DNA from: Salpingoeca rosetta
Lineage: Eukaryota; Protista; Choanoflagellata
Reading direction: 5' to 3'
NCBI GenBank assembly: GCA_033442325.1
Contig: JAWQFM010000015.1
Span: 252,891 to 316,890 of the forward strand
DNA: 64,000 bases
Part shown: piece by piece, positions 1 through 12,837 of the stretch
Layout: every line of letters starts with the position of its first letter
Numbering within the stretch: position 1 is the first letter of the stretch
The notes under the pieces: model-generated
Told to the model about the DNA's origin: nothing
The model's database searches: none
What the model saw: only the letters and a program-made list of their open reading frames with translations
Made by a program: the position numbers and the translations under genes

Positions 1-87
1 GTGTGTGTGTATGTGTGTGTGCGTGTGTGTATGTGTGTGTGCGTGTGTGTGTGTGCGCACGCATCGTCTGTGCGTGTGTGTGCTAAC

Positions 88-968
88 CGGGCCAATGGCG
101 AGCGAAACAAATTCGCGGGGAATGTCGAATGTGTGTGTCAGCATGTTCAGCGACTCCTGCAATCGAAAGTGACACGCAAGCAACACAACAATGTCAGCGC
201 TGCTTGTGTGTGTGTGCTTGTGTGTGTGTGTGTGCTTGTGTGCTTGTGTGTGTGTGTGTGCTTATGTGTGTGTGCTTATGTGTGTGTGTGTGTGTGCAGA
301 CCTGCTGGCGCTGGGCGATGGACTCGAGGAACCGCTGCTTGTCGGCGTGGATTTGAAGCTGTCAATGAACACAGAAGGTAGATACAAACACACCCCCCCC
401 CCACACACACACGACAAGCAAGGGGCAGTCAACGAAGCGTGAGGCAACAAAATTAACTGGCAAGGCGCAAGAGGTTCAAATAGGGATGCCGTGCACATGC
501 GTGTCACGTACGCGGCGAAGGAAGTCGTTCATGACCAGCTGTGATTTGTTGATCGCCTCCCGGTTGCCCTAAGGAAACACACACGCGCATACAGGAAACA
601 CATGCACGTGCACGGTTATGCTGTGAGCAAACCCGCAACGCAAGTCGGGATGAAGTCGGGATGAAAACGACAAAGCCCTGTCTTTCTCTTGACGATGCAT
701 GTATGCACACGCGAAGAGGCAGTGCGCAATGTGAAAGAAGCGAGTGAGCGCGGAACTTACGACGAGGACCCAGATTGGCTGGGCGCCGGGCGGGGTTTCG
801 ACCTGCACCGCCACCAGGCCGCACAGTGCCCGCAGATCCTCCTTGATCGCCTCGTCGCTCCTGTCGAAGCACAACACACACGCACGAAGAGCACAGCATT
901 GTGAGCCTAACAAACACTCGACATTGAGTGAATACGTGGGTATGTGTGTGTGTGTGTGTGCGCGTGCA

Positions 969-1000
<32 letters not shown>

Positions 1001-2262
1001 ATTGACGTACGCGGCCTGTACGAGCGTTGGCGCAAGGGCGACGTCGTGGCGGGCGAGCGTCTCCGGGTTGAACGCCGTGCTGCAATCATGCACGAAACAC
1101 AACATGAAAAGACACACACACACACACATACACACGCGATACTTTGGTGAGTGGATGCGACAACAACTGCTCAGCAGCGCGTAGTCAAAGCGCGATACAC
1201 TCTTGTGTTGTCGACAGCATGCGTGCAGGAGCACGCAATGCGCGTGCTTGCGGCGGCGGCTTACTTGTCGTTTGCCATGCGAACACGGCCGGGCTCCACC
1301 CACTCGTTGAAGCTCTCATCAAAGCCAGCGTACGTCACCAGCAGCAGCTGCAAGAGTGACACGGCAGCACGAGACAGTGGCACACATGCAAAACGCACGC
1401 TTGCGTGAGTAAAGAACGTGAGAGCGAAGCAAGCACAGGCAGGATGGCAGGCTGCACATTCATTCAACCACGGGTGTGAGGTGAGCAGTTGCAGCGTGTT
1501 GCACCACGTGACTGACCATGCTGGGGCCGTCGCCACGGACTTCAACGATGCTGGCACGCGCCCAGCACGGCGGGATGTTGGCGTCGACATAGTACAGCAC
1601 CTGGTGATTCGAGAAATGCTCAAGCATAAGCAGAATGCGCGTCGACACAAAGGGCACGTTGACACAAAGATATGCACACACACGTACTCGGCTTATAGGC
1701 AAGTACCTACGAACAAACGCACAAGCGAACAAAGGTACAAACAACAACCACGCCAGGACACACACACACACACACATGTGCACGTACGTCGACTTTCTGG
1801 CCTGGGACAGCCTTGAGGTCCTCATGGGGCGGCGTTGTGCGGACATGTGCCAGGGGCACTGACTGGGGCTGGCGCCAGCTACAGGAGCCACAACAACAAC
1901 AAACAACCACAAGTAGCCACAGCCCACAAAGCAACAGGACACGCAACGGAGTGAGCAAAAGCACGCGCGCGGGGCATCGACGCTCTTGCAACGCTAAACA
2001 ACAGGCGCAACCAGACGCTTGCACACCACGCCACAACGCACTTGTTGTCGAAGACGATGGTGGCATCGTCCTTGCTCCACTTTGTGATGGTTGCCTGTCG
2101 TTCACAACGGAGAGTTGTCGCGGGTTCAGTCAATAGCGCGGGAAATGAGTCAACGCGATCGGTTCATGCAGACCATGGCAGAACACAAACAAATTCGCTG
2201 CAACCACCACCTACCGGGAAATAGCCCCCAATCTCGGGGTCGAACACCTCGACGCGAAGCAT
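88..2262 (-). CDS. FMR1: Fragile X protein family (FMR1/FXR-like) RNA-binding protein, 5' part; gene continues beyond the left edge
   Basis: Ten GT-AG exons with consistent phases: 2262-2215, 2094-2042, 1878-1788, 1600-1517, 1347-1265, 1079-1011, 860-761, 568-512, 358-302, 156-88. Spliced protein: MLRVEVFDPEIGGYFPATITKWSKDDATIVFDNNWRQPQSVPLAHVRTTPP...VLYYVDANIPPCWARASIVEVRG...LVTYAGFDESFNEWVEPGRVRMAN...THTFDIPREFVSLAIGP. This is collinear with FMRP Agenet1 (VEV..F.NNW..VR.PP), Agenet2 (PCCWW..Y...YNE.V...RLR), KH0 and the start of KH1 (F...D..GLAIG). Confidence 0.85.
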
Positions 2263-2755
2263 GTCGTCGTCTCAAGTCTGTTTGCCTCTGCTAGTCTTGC
2301 TATGCGTTGTTGTTGTTGTTTCACTTTCACAACAAAGAAACACAGTGCACAGGCCAAAGTTGCAGACAAATTGAAGCGATCCACAGTCAGCACAACAAAA
2401 CGAACGTCAGTGAGATGGAACGGTGACAGAACGTATGTGTGTGGGTGTGTGTTGTGTGTTTGTGTGTGTCTTCCCCTCTTTCCCTCCCTCCCACTCTCGC
2501 CCTCGCCCTCGCCCTCGCACTCGCACTAACACTCACGCAAGCAAGCGAATAATGTGGGGTGTCAGGGCTGGCGTGGTTGCGAGCGAGCGAGTGGACAGCG
2601 GCAAACAAACAACACAAAGCAAGCAAGAAGCAAGCAAGCAAGAAGCAGACACAAACCTTTTCCACTGCCACGACGCACCAATGGAATTCTGTTGGAAAAT
2701 ATTCGCCAATTTTCCGGAGATCACAGGTTTGTGACAACGACGACGACGAAGAACA

Positions 2756-3401
2756 ATGACTGGTGGCGGTGGCAGCAACAAGGTGACGGCCAGCCTGGCA
2801 GCGGCGAGGCGGAGGTTTCGACGGCTCCCAGAGCACCTGGCACAGTGCAAGCAAGAGGTGCGTGTGGGTGTTTGATAGGTAGAGGGGAGAGGGGAGTTTA
2901 GTCGTGGGTGCGTGTGATGTGTGCGACGTGTGGTGTGGTGTGTGGTGTGATGTGTGCGACGTGTGATGTGATATGCGATGCGCAACGTCATCATCACAGA
3001 TATGCAAGTGTTTGTGGGTGTTCGTGGGTGCTGACCACGGCTTCCCACACGGTGCAGGCGTCAACGTATGCCAAGTGCATTGAAGGGAACGTTTCTGGTG
3101 TGCAGAAGGACATGTGTGCGCAAGAGTTTTCTCGCTTGCTGGCCTGCGTCAAAGCAGCTGCGGTACGTGTGCCATGAACATGGGCGTGTGTGCGAGCGTG
3201 TGTTGTTGTGCGTGTGCGAGCGTGTGCATTTTTGTGAGTGTGAGTGCATTGTGTATGCGTGTATGCGTGTGTGTACGTGTGTGTATGTGTGTCTGTGTAC
3301 AAACGAGTGAAACTGTGCTTCCCCAACCAGCCATTTTCTCACATGGCAGCGCGCCATGCTTCACGACACTTAACACGCTCGTTTTGCAGGCCAAGAAGTG
3401 A
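2756..3401 (+). CDS. NDUFAF8: NDUFAF8-like twin CX9C mitochondrial complex I assembly factor
   Basis: Exons 2756-2857, 3058-3162, 3390-3401 give MTGGGGSNKVTASLAAARRRFRRLPEHLAQCKQEASTYAKCIEGNVSGVQKDMCAQEFSRLLACVKAAAAKK*. Two CX9C motifs; pattern R..P..LA.C..EA..Y..C...KD.CA.EF..L..C is typical of NDUFAF8. Confidence 0.85.
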
Positions 3402-3783
3402 CAGCATGGCAACACCAACCTCCCTCCCCCCCCCACACATACACACACTCTCTCACGCACATGTAACGACTTGGCTTAGGATTACTAATGAACCCCCCCC
3501 CCATGTTTCTGTCGCTGGCGGTGTACACATGCACATATTGAAACCTTGTGCTCTGCACGCAAGTGTTGCACCTGGCTCGCTTGCCTTGGTTCGCTTCTAA
3601 CATGCAACTGGTGACACCTTGTGATATCAAAGTACAAGCCAGCAAGATTGCACAAGGAACAAGCACACACAGCGGACAGAGAGGCAGAGAGAACGAGAGG
3701 AAAAAGTTGACGCTGACACACACACACACGCACACACACACACACGCACACACATACATACACACATAACACGTCAACAACGG

Positions 3784-4618
3784 CTAAGCTTGTTGGGCGG
3801 CCTTGCTGCGCATAATCTTGTCCTGTCGCTTGGCCACCTTGCGTGCCTTCCTTGCCTTCTGCGCCTCTGTCTTCTTGGGCTTCTTGGCGTGCGGGTTCGG
3901 GCCCTTGCTGCGGCTGCTGTTGGCCTTGCGTCGTTTCATGCTCGTCGCCGGCGCAAACTTCTCCGACGCCACCAGCCCCTGATATGACGGCCGTCGCGGC
4001 GCACCAGGCCTGGGCACAGAGACACGTGGTGATGGAATTGAAGAAGAGGGGGGGGGGGGAGAACAAGGGTGGATGTGAGGATAGGCGCGCGTGCGTGTGT
4101 GCGTGTGCGCGTGTGTTGCGGATTGAATCGTGTCGTGTTCTGCGCACTGTGGCAATAGCAGGAGCAACTGCACCGACGAGCACGTGCAACCACTTCACCA
4201 CAATCACCCTGCACAGCACAGCACAGCACGGCACATCACCTTGGTGCGTGTCGCGGCTTTTTCCCGCGGTGGTCCAGCACAACGACCTTCGCCCGCTTCC
4301 CGCCAGGCCCGCCTGCACAGCAGCAAACAGGCACGACGCAACGTTGGTGGATGCATGCATGGTAGGTGAATGTGTGGATGCGCGTGTGCATGTGTGTGTG
4401 TGTGTGTGCATGTGTGTGTGTGTGTGTGTTCACCTGCTCGCTTCTTTGCGTTGCGGTCTGCCTTGCTCCTCTTCGCTGCAAGTCGGCGCAGTGCACCCGG
4501 CTACAAACACACAAGCACACACAGATGCGCGTAGAAGTACGGTAAATGTCAGTCGCGGTCATCACAATAGCCGTCACAACACAATGTTCCTCTGCGAAGC
4601 AGCAGGCACACACACACA

Positions 4619-4693
<75 letters not shown>

Positions 4694-5036
4694 GCAACAC
4701 AGCGCAGAAGCATGACAGCAAAATCGTACCGGGAGATCCTCTGGGTTGACATCACGGCCACCATCACCATCACCATCATCATCACCATCGGCCTCCTGTG
4801 CCCTTCGCTTCCCTTTCGCCCCCTTGCTCCCCTTGCTCTCCTTGCTCCCCTTGCTCTCCTTGCTGCTGTCATCGCCACCCTTGCCACCGTCAGTGCCGCC
4901 ACGGCCGCGTGCACATCGCTGCACGCGCATCTCGCGCGTTCGGAGTTTCTTTCCGTCAAGCAGGAGCGCAAGGGATACGCTCTCCTCAAGCGCAAACGAC
5001 ACATACGCAAACCCTTTGCCAACACGCAGCACCTGC

Positions 5037-5099
<63 letters not shown>

Positions 5100-6890
5100 C
5101 GGGGGTGAGGAATTGCATGAGCACCATCGCCCGGTTCAAGACCACATACACCGGCAGCAGCAGCAGCAGCACCACCACCACCACCAGCAGCAGCACACCT
5201 TATCACGGATCACACGGACGCCGGCGACGGTGCCGGCCTCATCAAACGCCGCGTACAGCTCCTCTTCCGTCACGTCTGATGGTGGCGGTGATGGTGAGTG
5301 GGTGGTGGAGCATCAAGCAATGAGGATGCGAAGCGGAAGATGCAAAGAATCAGAGAGACAGACACACACACACACACACACATAAACACATAAACACGCA
5401 CACACGCAAGACACACTGACAGACAGACAGACTGACACACACACACACACACACTCCATGATGAAGAGGCGCACCAAAGGGGAGGTTGCCGACAAAGACG
5501 GTCTTTGTTGGCGGGAGCCTTGTGTTGGACCCGGCCATATCCACACGCAGATGCCGCTCGTTGAACACCATCCCATTGCTGCCGTATGGGAAGCGCATGC
5601 ACGTGTGCGTGTGTGTACGTGTGTGTGCGAGAGTGAGGGTGAACGTACAGGTGTACGTGTGTGTATGTGTGTGCGCGCGCGCTGTTGAGTGGGTTGCATT
5701 GGTGCATGTGTACGTTACGTGTGCATGTATGGGAATGCTTGCTTTACATCTGCACGACAATGCATGAAAATATGAACATGACCGTGCGTGTTCGCCACTG
5801 TAACGCACCACTTGAGTGCAGCGCGTGCCATTGCGTCCTCTGCAAAGACGACATACGCGTTGACCGAGTTCTCCTCCCCGCCAACTTTGCGCCGCCTGAG
5901 CAACAGCACGGGCAGCACAACACGGAGGTGGGGCGGGAGCATTAAGATCGCGAAGGGTGGTACGCTCGCAGCGCATGGCAAGGCTTGAACACACACATAC
6001 ACAAACACACACAAACACAAACACAGCACCATGACAAGCGTGGGCTTCCAAACGCACAGGAGAACGGCGGCCTTGGCTCCGCCCTTGTGTGCCATCAGGT
6101 TCTGTGAGCAGGCAGACAGGTCGCACATTGGAGAGGCATGTGAGGCTACAGTACAAGCACACACACATGCACACATGCACACATGCACACAGACACACAG
6201 ACACACACACACAAGCACACACACACAAGCACACACATACATACACAACCACACACCGTCGTTCGGAATCGGCATGACTCGATCTTGCCAAACTGGCTGA
6301 ACAGCTTCTTCAACGCCTACAATATGCACACGAACACACGCCCAGGGATCGTGAGAGGAGAAATAGAGTGGTGCACCATCACCCACAACCAACATGGCAG
6401 AAGCAGACACAGCAAGCAGCCAAGCCAGTGTGCAAGGTACCCATGTCTGTGCACAGCCGTGTGTGCATGCTTCTTTCACACGCACCTTTGGCTTTGTGTT
6501 GATGGGCAGGTTGCCGACGAAGATGGTGCGCTTATTCCTCTCTTCCTTCTCCTCTGCACTCATTCGTCCTGTTGTGGCCTCGGCTGTGTCTGCTGTCTTG
6601 TCCTTTTGATCTTTCTTGCTCTTCTTGCTCTTCTTTGATTTGTTGGCTGCACCATCGCCACCCTCCTCACCCTCTCCACCTTCCTCATCCTCGCCCTCGC
6701 TCCCCTGCTCTCCATCTGCACCAGCGTCACCGCTGCCGCCTTCCTCGTCCTCATCGTCCTCCTCCTCGTCATCTGTCTCCTCCTTGGCTGGCGGCATCAC
6801 AAACGGATCGGGTGCGGCAAACAGGTCTGCGATCGCCGCATCCTTCGCCACCTCGGTCTTCGGGCCGCTCGAGCCAAACACAAACGCCAT
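3784..6890 (-). CDS. RBM34: RBM34/Nop12-like nucleolar two-RRM protein (multi-exon)
   Basis: Acidic/Lys-rich N-terminus MAFVFGSSG...; RRM1 RTIFVGNLP...SVNAYVVF; linker FNERHLRVD; RRM2 TVFVGNLPF|DVTEEEL...VRVIRDK|..GKGFAYVSF; basic C-terminus ending RSKAAQQA* at 3784. Confidence 0.85.
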
Positions 6891-6984
6891 CCTCGATGTG
6901 TGCGTGTGCGTGTGTGTGTGTGTGGGGGGGGGGTGGGTTGGTTGGTTGGTTGGTTGGTGTGTATCGATGTGTCGATGCAGATGC

Positions 6985-7115
<131 letters not shown>

Positions 7116-7251
7116 ATGGATGTGGCTGGATGTGTGTATCTGCTGCTGCAAACACGTGCGCGCAAATCACGTTTTCCTGTTTTGCACAAGCAAGCAACGG
7201 CAACAGCAAACAACAACAACACACACCACGACCCACCTCACGTCCATCACC

Positions 7252-7364
7252 ATGTTTGAGGAGGCGCTGAAACGGGCTGGCGTGGACGAGAAGGATGAAG
7301 GGACGCTGACACGCGCGCAGCAGTTGTGGTCGTTCCTGGACACCATGGCTGCCACCGACCCAAA

Positions 7365-7420
<56 letters not shown>

Positions 7421-8170
7421 ATGTTTGTGTCAATGTGTGTGTGTATGTACGAACGTCCTTGTTGCTGCTGTGTGTATGTCGTCCCCACATGCAAGAATAC
7501 GCGTAGTTCTTCATCTCACCTGCGCTCGCACTCGACTGTAGCGTATCGTGAGTTCATCCGCAAGCAGATGGACGAGAAGAAGAAGATGGAAGAGGAGATG
7601 CACCCACCAGCCGCCTTTACCCTCCGCGCAAAGAATGTGCGCCAACTGTCGTTGATGCCGCTGTGTGTGTTGTGTGACTGAAGCCGCTGTTGCTGGTGTG
7701 GCCTGGCCTGCACTTGATTCTCGTCATTCCGTGCACACACTCATGGCACACCCTCCCTCACACACACACACTCACTCACTCACTCTCTCTCTCTCTCTCA
7801 CATGCACAAACACACACACACACACACACTTACAAACATACACATGCATGCACCGCCTGAACCACGCGTGGTTCTGAAGATGAAGAACAACGACACGTGC
7901 CTGGTGTCGTTTTGTGGTTCGGACAAGGTGCCATATCCCCAGACGCCGACATCACCGGTGCCTGTCGTCACGCGAAAGCCGGTGCAGACAACCCATCAAG
8001 GCGAACCCACACAGCTGCTCGAGGTGCGCGTGTGTCCTTCTCCCCACCACCGTTCATGCCAATCTTGTATTGATGCAATCGTCTTCTTTAACCCTAACCC
8101 TAACGCTAACGCCCAGCCGCATCATCCCCACACTCACTCATTCAAGAACATGTGCTGCCATCTCCACCCA

Positions 8171-8214
<44 letters not shown>

Positions 8215-8472
8215 ATTCACACACACACACACACACACACATTCACACACTCATTCACACCACATTAGGTGATCTTCAACCCTCGGGTGCTTTCGGAGTG
8301 CGAGGAGGATGCAGAGGCGCACCGCATGCTGGTCGACCTTGCCCTGCGCTGCATCAACAGCAAGCACGGCGACACGTTCCAGCTGGACCAGGCGAAAACA
8401 GCCCGTCTCAAGCAGCCATTCACATACAAGGAACCCACGTTCCCGCCATCCTTTCAGCATCATCAACAACAA

Positions 8473-8503
<31 letters not shown>

Positions 8504-8843
8504 GAGGGCCTTTGGAGCCGCAGGATTTGCTGCGAGAGTTGGCGCGACAACGCGCACAGAACGACACCACCGATGATGACGACGGCAGCGGCGATGGTGA
8601 TGTCGCGAGCAGCGATGGTTTGTTGAGTGCAGTGAAAAAGAGCAGCGGGCGCAGTGCAAGCGGCGTTGAAACCTCGAGCATCCTGCTGCCGGGTGGCCTT
8701 CGCGCGAGCGAGGTCATTGGGGGCGGCACCAACAGCGCACCAGCAGCGCCAGCACCATCGTCGACATCGACAGCAGCGACGACAGGGTTGAGAGAGACAA
8801 CAGCGGGCGTGAGGGCAGGAGAGACTCGAGGTGTATCACAGCA

Positions 8844-8879
<36 letters not shown>

Positions 8880-9294
8880 CGGGGTAGACAGCGATAGCAG
8901 CAGAAGTGACAAGAGCCACCAGCGGACTCGCACTGGCGGTCACGATGATAATGATGATGAGGATGGCGACAATGATGGTGATGGTGCGAGGCGCGCGTTG
9001 TCGTCACAGCAGCGGCCGCTCGTGCAGACGATTGCGTCCACATCCGGTGCCACCATCCCCACATACCGGTTTGCACCGTCGCCGCCACCCAACTCCACCG
9101 TGCTGGAGGTGGTGCTGCCTGGCGTGGCGACAGCAGCAGATATCGACCTGGACATTGACGATGACAGCGTGGAGTTGAGTGTGCCCGACCGTCACCAGCT
9201 GCAGGTATCGCTGCCAGCACCAGTTGACCCCGACGCAGCGCGCGCCAAGTTTGTCAAGGCCACCGCCACCCTCGTCCTCACCCTCCCGCACCAG

Positions 9295-9297
<3 letters not shown>
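7252..9297 (+). CDS. PIH1D2: PIH1 domain-containing protein (PIH1D2-like R2TP-type co-chaperone), 4 exons
   Basis: TRAQQLWSFLDTMAATDPK|AYREFIRKQM matches the PIH1D2 N-terminus; KVPYPQTPTSPVPV; VIFNPRVL...LVDLALRCI; C-terminal CS domain VVLPGV...DIDLDI...LPAPVDPDAARAKFVKATATLVLTLP. Confidence 0.8.
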
Positions 9298-9391
<94 letters not shown>

Positions 9392-9770
9392 TGTGTGTGT
9401 GTGAAAGTGTGTGTGTGTGAAAGTGTGTGTGTGTGTGTGTGATTGCATTTGCTGTGTGTCAGTGTATTTGTTCCTTTGTCTCTGTGCCCCTTTGTCATCC
9501 TCTCGGCAATACCGTGTGTTGTCGTGTTGTTTACTTGCAACGAAGCATATTCCCTTGTATATTCACACGCGTGCCTGCACGCAAGTTATTACCTCTCTCT
9601 CATTCCCGCAACCCTACCAGCCGCTACAATACGTCGTTCAAGCCAGTACAAGTACACATACACGACAACCGCACAATTGCACGGTCGCACACTCGCACAG
9701 GCAACGCCACTGCTGACACTGCTGCTGTCTGTATGTCACACTCACTCCACATTCACGCCATCATTGGCTT

Positions 9771-9772
9771 GG

Positions 9773-9861
<89 letters not shown>

Positions 9862-9862
9862 G
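9771..9862. repeat. (GTT)n microsatellite between convergent PIH1D2 and ADAT2
   Basis: Perfect trinucleotide run downstream of both stop codons. Confidence 0.95.
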
Positions 9863-9961
9863 CTGGTGGGTCTTCTTTCTCGCTCCTTTTCCCTTCTGCT
9901 GCTGCTGCTGCTGCTATTCATGTTCTTGTACTTGTTGTTCTTGTTCCCGCGTGGCTGCCCT

Positions 9962-11028
9962 CTATCCTCCTTGTCCTTGCTCTCCTCCTCCATGTTCTGT
10001 CTCCCCTCCTCCCTGCTGCTGCTGCTGTTCAGGCAGAAGCTTTGGGTCACGGCGCGTCTTGCGTTTTGGCCGCGGGGCGTTGGGGTTTTCGTTAACGTAG
10101 AACAGCTTGAGCAAGTTGATGGCCCGCGTGCGCATGGGCCCGGCCTCCAGCTGCAACTTGGGCAGGCCGTCTGGCGTCTCGCACTGCAGCAGTGCCGTGT
10201 GTCATGCAATGCATTCATGGTGATGATTGGTGGTGATTTGTGGTGATTGTGGTGATGCTTGAGCGTTTGAGCGTCTACAGTGGTAGACTCAAACAGGCAA
10301 ATAAGAACAAAGCAGTGCAAGCACACACACACACAATAACAACAGCTGCACACTCACTAACACACACATGCACGCGCGCGCACACACGCACAAGGATGCA
10401 CACCGTACCGTGGCAACGTCCATGGTGGAGCCGCAGCCGCCGAACCGATCATTGTGGCAGCCAAACACGACTCTTGTGACCCCGAGCAGGCGCAGCGCAT
10501 AGGCACACATCACGCACGGTTCAACCGTTACGTAGAGCGTGCAACTGGCTACAATATCCTTGGCCTTTTCCACATCTCCGCCGCACCTCGCAACACAGTC
10601 GTCAAAGGCAACCAGCTCTGTTCCCACATACATGTGCATGTGTTGGGGGTTGCGGAGTGCGATAGGCGTGAAGGGATGTCCACGAAGGATACAGAGACAG
10701 ACGTCGAGGCAAAGAGCGGGAGAGGGATAAAGACAGAGAGGGAGACACACACACACACAGACACACACACACAGACACACACAGAAACGCACACAGAGCG
10801 ACACTCACTCACTCTCACGCAAACATGCACACACACTGCTCACTCTCACACAAACATGCACGCACACATACAACAAGCCGTACCTGCGTGGCGGGTAGCG
10901 TTGTGCTCAATGTTCGTTTGGTTGCGCCCTGCTGCTTGTACGTTGCCGTTGTCATCCACAAACACGCAGCCAACAGGCACCTCACCCTCAGCCAGCGCAC
11001 GCTGCGCCTCAGCCACCGCCGCCTCCAT
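9962..11028 (-). CDS. ADAT2: tRNA-specific adenosine-34 deaminase catalytic subunit (ADAT2/Tad2)
   Basis: [15 protein letters not shown]|E (HAE zinc motif across an intron), [11 protein letters not shown] (PCxxC), [32 protein letters not shown]. Start codon is uncertain. Confidence 0.9.
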
Positions 11029-11227
11029 CACTCTGCTGAAAATTACCTACATTGCCCAACACTTTTCTACAACCACCACAACAAGCACAACAACAACAAC
11101 AAGCACAACAACGACAAGCACAACCATCCACCACTAACCAAACCTTCAACCTCCTCCTCCTCCTCCTCACCACCTTCCCCATCTCCCCCCCCCCCAATCC
11201 CCGGTCCAATTCGGTGCGTATGAGAGG

Positions 11228-12757
11228 ATGACGACGACGATGACGACGCCGCCGCCGCGAGAGGCGCCTGCACAGGCACGAGCGCTGTTTGATCGCTTCA
11301 CAATGGGCATGGTGCAAACGTTGGAAGAGTGCGAGCATGTCGTGGACATTCGGAGCAAGCCCGCAGTGCCGTGCACCAGCTCGCAAATCGCCACTTGGGA
11401 AAGCACGCACACCCACCGGCTCCCCACAGATGTCAAGGACTTCTACCTCAGCTCCAACGGCCTGCAAATTGCGTGGACCGTGCTCTTCGGCCAGCAGATC
11501 CTGCCCCTCGGGTGGCTGCACATCAACGCCCTCGGCGATCTCAAGCCCGTGTCCGCCACATCCTCGTCTGCGACTTCCATGGCTGGCACCAGCAAGGCCA
11601 GGGCCTCCAAGCTGCCAGAGGGCGTTGAGGAGTTTCTCAAGTCCACCAGCGTCGCAGATGATACCCTCACCATCAAGCGGAGGAGACACATGCCGTTCCG
11701 AGCGTTTGCCCTTTCGCCTTGCGGCACGCACGCCACCGTGTGCCTCACCTTCACACATCCATCGCCGTCCATCTGGCTCCTGGACCGCAGCAAGACGTGG
11801 CACATGATCGCACGCACGTTCACCGAGTACTACCGCCTGATGACCCTGTACCTTGGCCTGCCGGAGTGGCAGTATGCGCTCACGACACTTGGGCCTTTGC
11901 CCGACACCCGCCGCTGGCTGCACGCCTTTGTACCCCCGCACGTCCTGCGCGACAACGCCCACGAAAGTGGTGGCGGCAGTGGTGGCGGTGGTGGTAATCA
12001 GCACGGCAGCACTCGAGATGGTGCTTCCAATGGCAGTGCGTGGACTGTTGCGGGCAGCACGGATCGCAGCGTCAGCCCACAGGGCACAGGCACCGACCAC
12101 CATCATCAACATCATCAACATCATCAACAACACCACCAACGACAACAAAACGTGGTGGGCAGCAGCACGTGGCCCAACAGGCATGGTAGCGATGGTGATG
12201 GCGATGGTGGCACCACTGTCGCTGATGGCACGGTCGGTGCACGCTCCCGGCGCACGAGGGCTCAGTCTGCACTGCCAACATCCGCGCGATCGCAGCTGCG
12301 TGGCGAAAGCAGCGGCCGATACGACGCTGCCGGCAATGGGGCGGTGGCATCAAGGCATCGCCTAAAGAGCGCTGCACCTGGGCGCTCCCGGCGAGCGTCA
12401 CGTGATCACCGCGACGCAGGCGCTGTCTCCACCACCACACACGCAACCAAGTTCACCAGCGGCGGCAGCAGCGGCGGCGGTGCGAATATGGGGGCGACCG
12501 CAGCAGCGGCAGCACACACGCGACGGGCCATGTCCAAGCTGGACCTGGAGACGGTGATGCGCCGCGTGCGCAACACCGTGGTGAGCCCATCCAAAGGTGA
12601 TGGTGGTGGTGGTGGTGAGCAGCAGCACCAGCACCAGCAGCAGCAGCAGCAGCAGGTGCGGTCGAGTCAAGCACGACCGCCTCGGCCATTGAGCGGCGCG
12701 ACGACACCCGGCACCACACGCACGACGTCACGCACCAGCGCCACTTCCAAGCAATAG
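11228..12757 (+). CDS. TPGS2: Tubulin polyglutamylase complex subunit 2 (SMI1/KNR4-like domain), single exon with low-complexity tail
   Basis: 509-aa ORF: FDRFTMGMVQTLE...IATWE...LPTDVKDFYLSSNGLQIAW...LPLGWLHIN...IWLLDRSKTWHMIARTFTEYYRLMTLYLGLPEWQYALT, the TPGS2 signature. Confidence 0.85.
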   Translation: MTTTMTTPPPREAPAQARALFDRFTMGMVQTLEECEHVVDIRSKPAVPCTSSQIATWESTHTHRLPTDVKDFYLSSNGLQIAWTVLFGQQILPLGWLHINALGDLKPVSATSSSATSMAGTSKARASKLPEGVEEFLKSTSVADDTLTIKRRRHMPFRAFALSPCGTHATVCLTFTHPSPSIWLLDRSKTWHMIARTFTEYYRLMTLYLGLPEWQYALTTLGPLPDTRRWLHAFVPPHVLRDNAHESGGGSGGGGGNQHGSTRDGASNGSAWTVAGSTDRSVSPQGTGTDHHHQHHQHHQQHHQRQQNVVGSSTWPNRHGSDGDGDGGTTVADGTVGARSRRTRAQSALPTSARSQLRGESSGRYDAAGNGAVASRHRLKSAAPGRSRRASRDHRDAGAVSTTTHATKFTSGGSSGGGANMGATAAAAAHTRRAMSKLDLETVMRRVRNTVVSPSKGDGGGGGEQQHQHQQQQQQQVRSSQARPPRPLSGATTPGTTRTTSRTSATSKQ

Positions 12758-12760
12758 CAC

Positions 12761-12836
<76 letters not shown>

Positions 12837-12837
12837 T

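Noticed and set aside
11009-12184. Long antisense ORF over TPGS2 (likewise 35918-37051, 61597-62487, 62396-63502)
   Set aside because: Shadow ORFs of GC-rich coding exons with no independent motifs.
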